The translations under genes were made by a program, and so were the position numbers. A DNA stretch of 64,000 bases from contig CP068257.2 in assembly GCA_009914755.4 (NCBI GenBank), forward strand, positions 18,656,001-18,720,000, read 5' to 3'. Shown piece after piece: positions 53,331 through 64,000 of this stretch (its first letter is position 1; every line of letters begins with the position of its first letter). This stretch comes from the human T2T-CHM13v2.0 reference genome, Homo sapiens. The notes under the pieces were generated by a model. It saw only the letters and a list, made by a program, of their open reading frames with translations, had not been told where the DNA came from and did not search any database.

Positions 53331-56270
53331 CCAAAATGGTTTGCATTTAACAGTACGTACTCAAGGACTAGACCTGGAGATTAGGCGAGAGACATGCCTT
53401 TCCTCTAATGACTCAAAGTCATAAAAGTTCATTTCTCATATCTCTAATGACAACTGTGAGAGGAGCAAGGGAAGATGGAGACACCTTAAGCATGAATTAT
53501 GATCCCAAAGACATTAACTTTAACTTCTAGATTCTATATAAATTATTGGATCAAACTAAGTTTTAAATTAATTTTTGCTAAAATTATTTTTATTTCTTCT
53601 ATACCCAGGTTTATCATGAGGAGAAAGCTCATCAAAAAGAAAGTTTAGAGAATTAAATAAAATATTTACTCTGTAAATCTGAGTGCCATATGAATAAATT
53701 TGTGAGCTGACTAGTCACATAAATTTTGGAACTTGAAAGTTAGTCCTTTTTTACTTAGCTTCTGTTTCTTATTTTATGAATCTTTTCCTGAGTCCTTCAA
53801 CCTAGCCTTTTATATATTTCACTTATTATCTTGCTTTGTTTTCAATTTTATTTTTTTGATGGTTTAAATACCTTGTTTTTCTGAGGCAATTTCTCGTTAA
53901 CAGCAAAATAGGAAACAAAAACGGCTTCCTGTGAAAATTATTTTATTCATTTAAGAAAGATGAGATAAAGGAATCTATCACCTTTTGCCTCATTCTTGGT
54001 CCCTTTCTCTAACAATCTTGTGCCTTGCTCTTAGTATATTCTAGCCACATTATTATTTTTTTATTTGATTTTGTTGTGTTTTGTTTTTAGTTAGGGTTTT
54101 TTTTTGGTCTATTTTCATTTGGCAGTGAGGGTGCTGTCTACTTCCTAATAAAAACTTATATGTCATTTTAAATATTTTTACATAAACAAGAAGTAGAATT
54201 TTGTTTAGCTCTACGATCGGAAAGATTTTAGGACCACTATAACATTTAACCAATTTCCTGGAATTTCATTTTCAAAAAAATGGAGTATAAGCTGATTTTA
54301 TAATATATTCACAACATTATTTGCTCAGCTAAGTTCCTTCCAAGCCCTGTAAATTGTCCTTGATCTACAAAAGCACTCTTCTTGATTATTTATGAATGTT
54401 ATTTATACAGTAAAATGCAATGGCAATGCCAAGCAACCTACTTTACAGTAGGTTAAACTCTACAGAGAAAATGTATTTCTAAACATTCAATCTTGACAGG
54501 CATACATTATACAGGGACAAATATCAGGCATGAGATAATTCATGCTGGTAATTATTTTAAAACAGCAGGAAATAGAACATTATCGTTACAGAAATTTGCC
54601 AGGAGAAGCTTGATTTTTAATAGATGATGTGGAAATACATAATGATTTAGGATAGAACATTTAAAATTTTCGAAGACAAAAGAAACAAAGTGGGTGGTCA
54701 AAAGGAAGGTTGGGTTGGATTGTAGAGGCTGGAGAAGGCATGCTGAGACAAGGGCGTAACGGCAGCAAAGTCCTTCAGAAGCGTGAGAACAGGTGTGTAA
54801 GGGGCTACACAAAATGACTTAATGAAGAGTAAAAGAGAAAGATAGCAGAAGGGGAAAATGTGGTCTTAATAGCAAATGAAAGCTGTTAAGGAAATTTGCA
54901 CACAGTAGAATTCATACAATGTCTATGCCCACTAAATTGCAGACTTTACTCTGTCAGACATGGCTGTATTTGTTACTTAACTTGAGGCAATTGAAAGTTT
55001 GCAAAAACAAAAACATTTTCCTCTCATGTCCCATGCTCACTGAGGGGATATAGAAAACCGTAAAGCTCAAATGGCACAGCTCAAGCTCTGATCTTTTCTG
55101 AAGATGATCTTTTCTCTACCTATTAATCTTTCTTGGAAATATTCACCTAGAGAGGAAAAATGCTTTTTCTTCCATCACAAAAGAGGCAAGCCTTTGAAAA
55201 CCAGTCTTTGTTCTTCACAATGTGAACTTGTATAATGTACAAAGAAGTCTCTCAGAAGCCCATAAACAAAAGAACACCTTGCTGTACACAAGTTATCTGT
55301 TTAACTAAGAGCCCTTTCTTCTCCTCTGTCCTGATTTAAAGTATTTCAATGTGCCACAAAACTAAGATCTAATCATTGCAACACTTGGCAAAGGATTCCC
55401 ACTGAGATTTTAGAAAAAAGCAACATACAATTTTATGTTAAGATGGGCTCCAAAAGCACATTGGAAATTGGTTAGAGATTGTTTACTTTTTTCATTAAAA
55501 ATATTTAAGAAAATTAGATTTTCAGTGAAAGATATGCACTGCTTTTAGAAATAATGTTTATAAGTTATTTGCCAACATAAATATTTTCAAATGAAGTTGT
55601 GGAATGTACATGTTAATCCATATAGTTGACTTGTACTATTATACCTGAACCAGAAGCACTGATCAAAAACAATTGTTTATATCAAAAGTATACTTTTTTT
55701 GTTTTCTTTTCAACTGTGGGAAGAAATTTTGACTTGTGGAACAGATAGACTTTTGCTATCATCCTAAGTTGAAAGTTCTAGCCTGCCAAAAATGTAAAGC
55801 ATTTTGCCCTATGTGAACTTTACCCATCCTTGTTTTTGTGTATCTGTAATATTCATATAATATATACAATATATGTAATTTTAGAATAAAAAGGAATGAA
55901 TTACTGATATGTGCTATAAGATGGATAAAACTTGAAAATATTATAAGAGAAAGAGAAGTCAATCACAAAAAGACCACATATTGTATAATTTCCTTTGTAC
56001 ATAATGCCCAGAATAGCCAAATCAATAAAGACAGAAACTAGATTTGCTGTTGCCTAGGGATAGAGGGGAGGGGAGGAAGTGATTACTAATGGGTATGTGA
56101 TTTATTTGCTGGCTGATGAAAATTTTCTAAATTTAAAATGTGACAATCGTTATACAACTCAGTGAACATACTAGAAATCACTGAACTGTACACTACACAT
56201 GGGTGAATTTTATATGTGAAGTATCTCTCAGTAAGAATGTTTAAAAATTATGAGTACAGGAAGTCATTTT

Positions 56271-56565
56271 GGCCAGATGCAGAGGCTCATGCCTGTAATC
56301 TTAACATTCTGGGAAGCTGACCCAGGAGGGTTGCTTGAGGCCAGGAGTTTGAGATCAGCCTGGGCAACATAGTGAGATCCCATCTTCATAAATACATAAA
56401 AGATAAAATAAATTAGCTGGGCGTGTTGGTACGTACCTGTAGACCTAGCTACTCGGGAGGCTGAGATGGAAGGATCTCTTGAGCCCAGGAGGTTGAGGCT
56501 GTGGAAAGCTGTGCTCAGGCCAGTGCACTCCAACCTAGGTTATCGAGCAAGACCTTGTCTAAAAT
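56271..56565 (+). mobile_element. Alu SINE (older, AluJ/S-like), sense
   Basis: GGCCAGATGCAGAGGCTCATGCCTGTAATCTTAACATTCTGGGAAGCTGACCCAGGAGGGTTGCTTGAGGCCAGGAGTTTGAGATCAGCCTGGGCAACATAGTGAGATCCCATCTTCATAAATACATAAAAGATAAAATAAATTAGCTGGGCGTGTTGGTACGTACCTGTAGACCTAGCTACTCGGGAGGCTGAGATGGAAGGATCTCTTGAGCCCAGGAGGTTGAGGCTGTGGAAAGCTGTGCTCAGGCCAGTGCACTCCAACCTAGGTTATCGAGCAAGACCTTGTCTAAAATAAATATAAAC. ORF 56264..56533(-) is its antisense strand. Confidence 0.85.
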
Positions 56566-56982
56566 AAATATAAACAAATATAAAGAAGATAAAAGTAATT
56601 TGAAGTGAATAACCCAAGAAAAAATTACGCAACATTTATCAAAATGAGATATCTCATTAAGCTCTCATCTAAGAAACTGAAATAATTAAAATTGCTTTTG
56701 ATATTCATATAAAAATGAACTTGTACTCACACATAATGAAAATAATACTAAAAATAAATATGTCACAAAGGAGAAATCCTTTTAGATGATGACCTAGATG
56801 ATAGAAGCAGAATGAAAAATAGTAATGAAAGAGTAGATAAGACATAAACAAAATCTCTCCTTTCCTCTGCCCTGCTGTATGTGTGGAACCACAAAATACA
56901 GCTGTGGATTCTTCTCCCACACGTGAAGAGAGAATGAAGCTGCTCATGAGTGACCTTTAGAATCAAAGCACTCTGAGTATGA

Positions 56983-57470
<488 letters not shown>

Positions 57471-58335
57471 TAATAGAATTCCCTAAAACCAACTATTGGA
57501 CCCAGAGGGATGCATGGAACCCACCTTTAAAACCCCTGCTCTGCACACTGGAAAAGTAGGAATAGCTAACAATCCAGAGACATAGAAGAATTATTCTTAC
57601 AAGGTTTCAGTTTGGCCAAAAACAAGGCTTTTGGGGGTGTTATTGGCTACAAGTAACTGACCACATGAAGTAAATGGAGTTAGGAACTAGGTGTGCAATG
57701 TAGACCAACACACTGGAACATAGGGCATAGACTGAGAGCAACAGAGGACTACAATAGGAAGAACAGAGTCAATTTAACCTGAGTTCCTATTGAATGTTTG
57801 CTATTTAAGAGTTGTTAATCACAGGTTTTAATTGGTTTACTTCTCCAGCAAAAGTAGAAAAATATCTATACCATATTTTTGCTATCAGTACCAAATAAAA
57901 TTATGTATGTATAGCAGGTACTACAGTACCTAGTGCTAAGTGGGTACACAGAATAAGATTATTTGTTTTGTGAAAAAGCCTCGATATTTCAGAATAGAAG
58001 CATAAATAGTAGGACTTGAGCTCTACCTATAAAATTACAGGGAGTGTTAAAGCCTAAATCCTGAGATTAAAGAGAGCCATTCATCACCCAAAGAGACTAG
58101 CAAGTGGAATTTAGTTGCAGAAACACAGAAAGTTAGAGTAATAGGTTGTGTGGTACTGACAACAAGGCTGTCTTCATTCAGAGTTATCTTCTGAGACAGT
58201 GGTTCCTTTCATATGCCATAGAGGGTGAGGTCTTGGATTTTCCTGAAGATAGAGTTGAGCTTACATTAGAGGGCACTTTACACACCCAAACCTACCAAGA
58301 GCTGAGCTGTGCAGAGTCGAAAACCTAGTAGCTTG

Positions 58336-58772
<437 letters not shown>

Positions 58773-59793
58773 TTACCTTAATACTGGATGTACACAGGGA
58801 TTTGGAAGGCGTTCTGAGAAGATCAGAATGATTAATGGAAGCAACTCACTGAGTTATGAAGAAAGATTGCAGGAAGTAAAAATGTATTGTTTACTTAAGG
58901 ATTAGTTGTCTAAAGATATGTTAATAGTCTCCCAGTTCTTGAAAGGTAAAAATAACATGCTGTCCTTCATAAGCAAATTTAAAATTACTAGCCCATCAAC
59001 AGTAAAAACATGTACTTAAAGTTATTTTTCTCAGGGATGAGAATAGCTTCTAGCAAATTAAAAAAAAAATCCTACCTTCAATTCCTCTGATAAACAATAG
59101 AATTCATGTAATGAGGCAGCACGGATGATGCTGCTTGTAAAAGAAAAAAAGATAAACACTCTAACTTTAATAGAGACTGTCTTTGATCTTTTACTGTTGA
59201 AAGTTTTTTGTCCCCCTCACACCAACTAATTCACCAATTCTCTGATTCTCCAACACCAACTAGGTTTCAACAATTCAATTCAATTTCATTCTGACACTAT
59301 CTGACACTAGAGTGTCAGATCATACGAGTTAAAGGGTCAAGACTGCCTCCACTTCGGACACTAGTTACAGTTACTACCTGTGCTTCTGACTAAATGACTG
59401 TAAATTGAGAGTTCCCATGACCCCATCTTCACATGTGATTATTTGCTAAATGGCAACACAGAATTTAAAAAAATCTTTACTTACATTGACCGATTTATTA
59501 TAAATACTACAACTCAGAACAGCCAAAAGAAAGAGACACACAAGGCAAGATGAGGGAGGAAGGAAACGCGGAGCTTCCACGCTCTTTCTGGGTGCACACT
59601 TCCATTATTTCCATATATTCACCAACCCAGAAACTCTAAACCCTGTCATTTAGGTTTTCTTCAGCCATTGGTGAATAGCCCAATCTACAGATCCTTTCCC
59701 ATTCCTGGAGGTTGGGGAAAGTAGGGCTTATAGTTAACCAATTCTTGGTCTTTTTGGTAATCAGCTTCCGCCCTGAAGGTATGTGCCCACTAA

Positions 59794-60306
<513 letters not shown>

Positions 60307-61929
60307 TAGCTCCCCATCAAATGTTCACGTTTGCCCATTTCTTACAGTTTGTTTTGACCATATAGCCAGATTTCTCTGTTCCCCACAGACACTTGAACTT
60401 TGGCTTATCCCCATACCTGAGGAAGCGCTAAGATGCAGAATATACCCTGTTCATTAGGTCATCCCAAGTATCAGCTGACTACCCCAGGTACATTTCCTGT
60501 CGTGGTGCCTGTCATGCGATGTACTCACTCCTCATTGCTTGCCTAATTTCCCCTTAGACATTTCTGCAAAGTTCTGCCTACTTCTATAAAAGAAAGACTT
60601 TTTTTTCTGTTTGATTTTGCATTTCTTTTCATTGGACACTTCTTAAAACAAGTGTTAATAATGCTAAAATCACTTCAAATGTCAATACCAGCATCAAGTC
60701 TATCCAGACAAAATGAAACTAATAATTAAACAATTTTATCATAGACTTAGGCAATGGAAAATTGGCAATCTGAAGTCTTTTGAATTTATAAAGGTGCTTT
60801 TTACAAACTGGGTTCTACAGTGAAGGAAAGGTAAAAATACATCATTTTAAAAATAACATTTGACTACATACCAGGGAAAATTTTCTTAAAATTTCATTAC
60901 TTCATTTTTATGAGTTCTCACTTACATAGAATTACATTATTTTTATCTCATCTATAGCTCACTTATATAAGCCAAATCAGACATCATCCTGCCCAATCTT
61001 TTCTAAAAAATATACATAATTTTTATTAGAAAATAAAAATATGAAATGCTTCACAAATTTGCATGCCATTTTTTGCAGGTATATGCTAGCCTTTTCTGTA
61101 TTATTCCAGTTTTAGTAGATATGCTATCTACTTGAACACAGAATCTCTTTTTATTATTATTACAAGGATAGTTGAGATTCAGGGGCTACATTGAGAGGAT
61201 GGCCAGTTAATCACCTCTTTAAAATAAAAATAAATCTTTGCATTACCCCCCAAAAGCCATCTGGATAGGGAAAGAATGAATTATGTCATGAAGTTGACAT
61301 TTTTTACCATTGGAGGTTTACATGATAAAACAATATGGTGAAAGAGAATGTTGACTTTCATGTGGATTTTAGTTGTGTAAATGGATTTAGCAACTTTATT
61401 TGAGGAACCAGTTCCATTTACTAAACTAATATCAATAAGCTGATTACTTGAAAGTTAAATATATTAATGAAACAAATATATTTTCTGATAATGTTTATTT
61501 AATGACCACAATTTTACATGTCTTACAAATACAAAAACAATGAAAAAATACCTCCATTTCTTTTTGTGCTTTCTTGTTCTTATTATAGTCTTTTCTTTAA
61601 AACAACTTTGTCCAGGCAAAAAAGTTAAACTAGATGAAAAATCCACAGTGTTACTTTTGGACTTAGTAAAGCCACTGTGCATTGTTTGCACCAAAAGAGC
61701 ATTGTATATTGATAGCAGAAAACCTAGAATCCTCATTGTAAATGGAAACATAAGTAGAAAAACAATATCATACTAATACATGTGCCTTTGATTCTACTGC
61801 AGAATTAAATAGAAAGCATGAACAAGATTCCATTGCATAGCTAAATAGTTAGCATGAACAAGATTCTACTGTATAGCTACATAAGATGCATGAACAATGA
61901 ACAGCAAAAAATGTTTGTAAACTTTATAA

Positions 61930-62110
61930 ATTATTGATCAGATGTGAGGTGGATCTGGCTGCCACCTGGGTCACCCCATTGATTGCCAGGTTGACCTGGT
62001 TGATCCAGCTGGCTAGGCCAGTGTCCCCTGCCTCCTTCATGGCTCTGCGTTGCAAGCTCATGGAGGATGAGGATGATGTGTTCATTAAAAGACTGTTCTT
62101 CTGTTTAGGG
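61930..62110. other. Isolated ~180-bp GC-rich (>50% GC) non-repeat island in AT-rich surroundings, with open frames on both strands. Its nature is unresolved: a candidate cryptic exon, a conserved element, or a pseudogene scrap.
   Basis: GATCAGATGTGAGGTGGATCTGGCTGCCACCTGGGTCACCCCATTGATTGCCAGGTTGACCTGGTTGATCCAGCTGGCTAGGCCAGTGTCCCCTGCCTCCTTCATGGCTCTGCGTTGCAAGCTCATGGAGGATGAGGATGATGTGTTCATT. The minus-strand frame ...SSSSSMSLQRRAMKEAGDTGLASWINQVNLAINGVTQVAARSTSHLINNL* is preceded, in the minus orientation, by an AG acceptor-like CCCTAAACAG|AAG. There is no ATG in good context, and I recognise no homolog. Confidence 0.3.
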
Positions 62111-64000
62111 TATAAATGATTCATTACTAAAATGTATGAATAAAACAAATACACAAAAAGTCAATTGAATTGCATAAATATTTCTCATACAACATGGCTA
62201 AAAATGTCCTCTCTTCCTAAATGGACTTTATGTCCTGTGAAACTCTTCCAGCTCATTTACATGCATAACTTCACCACTGGTTGTAATTCACGTATTATTG
62301 CTAAATCAAACAGTCATTGAAAACATATGGTCAGAAACTAATTTAAGAAAGAATATTTGTCTTTTTTATATTTTTCAAAAGAATATTAGGTACAAAGTAA
62401 AAACTCACTGAAGCTTCTTAAATGAGTGTTATTTTGAAAGTTAAACTATTCAGATTTATTAGTGATTCTGTCAGTTGTTTATAAAATCACACATTCTGGT
62501 TTCACCTTCATTCTAAATTTTTAACTTAAACAAAAGGAGCAGCTCTTCTGAATGTAAAAAATGTGCTATTATAAACCATCTGTATTTTTGTTAATGGTGA
62601 AAAATATAAGGAAAAGTAAAATAATTTGCATATAGATACAGACACATTTCATTCTCACTTTTAAATAAATGGGCTTATTTTGGTCAGTTAATTCACTGGG
62701 AGATATTCTGAGTTGTGTATATCAATCAACTCTAATGCAAGGTATCTTGCAGAAAAAAAATGGACCCATCTACCTTTCACTTTGCAGGAAGAACTGGAGC
62801 TTAGATGGACTCTTTGATCAGAAGATCAAAATATTTAACAAACATAAATGCATGTTCTGGACATTGCAGTACCTCACATTGCTATAATATCAGGATCAGC
62901 AATGAACTCTTTATAACCAGTTGTTTTCAAATATAAGTTAAATATTTGGCACTCAAAGATAGTCCACAAGCAAGAATATCAGCAACAGTTGAAAACTTAT
63001 CAAAAATGTAAAATCCTTTATTAAACTTCTTAAAAATGCCTCTCCTGCAAACTACTAAATTGGAATCTGCATTTTAACAGGCCTTTGTATACATATGAAA
63101 TTTGAGAAACACCAGGTTATGTGCTTTAACAGCACAGAGGGATGCTTTAAAAGGGACCTTCTTGTGTATGGAATTGAACTAGACGTTCAATTGGTTCTTC
63201 TAATCCTGAGATTATATGGGATCTCTGAAGGGATAAAAGAAATGAATCTTAAATTTTTACGTAATCTGCCACTTTCTTGTCCCATAACTTCTCTAATTTG
63301 AAGGAAAATATTATTTCATTCATTTGCTCTTCTTTATTAGTATTTTCTCTCAGGAAACCAAATAAAAAAAGTACAAAAGGAATTTCTCATTTTCTGTCAT
63401 TTTCAAAGTATAAGTCAAACCTTGATCCAGGCAGCAAAAGACAATTTAATAATTGACAGCCAGTTTAACCAGAGAGATTTTGCCTTTAATATCAAAAATA
63501 CAAAGCCACCAATTTCTTCAATTGTCAAGAAATTTTTATTAACATTGGCCCACAGTGAATTCTTTCATACTTCTTCCTGTTTTCCATTCCCAATACTATT
63601 CCGCTGGGGTACACGATAATGATTATCATCTCAATTCCCACAATACTACCTAACTAGTTTCTGAATTTTCACACTATTCTCTCTGATCCATTTTGTATAA
63701 TGTAGCCATAGTAAAATTTCTGAAATAGGAAACTGATCATGTTATCCCCTGCTTGAAACTCTGCAAACGTTTTCATTTTTAGGAAAGAGCTCAAACTCTG
63801 CAATAGCCTTCAGTAAATATCCCTGGTGATCATAACTTCGCTCTCCTTTGGCCTAGTCTCTTTGCTTCCCTCTCTTGTACTCTGCACTCCGCACTCCATG
63901 CATATCAAATTCCTGCCACTTTCACAAGCTCACCTTTTCAGATTTGGTATCCTGCTACTTCAATTTCACTCTTTCCTTATATTACATATAAAATAATATA

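Overview
This window is not prokaryotic. It is AT-rich (roughly 35% GC) primate, almost certainly human, intergenic or deep-intronic DNA made up largely of retrotransposon relics. I recognise at least 14 Alu SINEs. One of them is a young AluYb8 with a ~32-nt uninterrupted poly-A tail and intact target-site duplications. There are many LINE-1 fragments on both strands. Two of them show the inverted-5'-arm architecture expected from twin priming. There are several MaLR/ERVL-type solo LTRs (MLT1/MST-like), MIR relics, and (TA)n, (CA)n and (GA)n microsatellites. I find no credible protein-coding gene, rRNA, tRNA, CRISPR array or operon-like structure. Almost every ORF in the supplied six-frame track lies inside an Alu, L1 or LTR (Alu antisense strands give the typical 100-150 aa frames) or inside a microsatellite. 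Beyond plain repeat annotation, the items worth a second look are the two twin-primed L1s, the possibly polymorphic AluYb8 nested in an old L1, a perfect 36-bp AT-rich palindrome inside a tandemly duplicated microsatellite-bearing unit, a small NF-kB/GAS-like motif cluster in unique DNA, an inverted Alu pair, and an isolated ~180-bp GC-rich island with open frames on both strands near the 3' end of the window. Coordinates are approximate (about ±10 bp). Repeat family assignments come from my memory of consensus sequences, not from a database search. I did not find a previously undescribed biological system and do not claim one.
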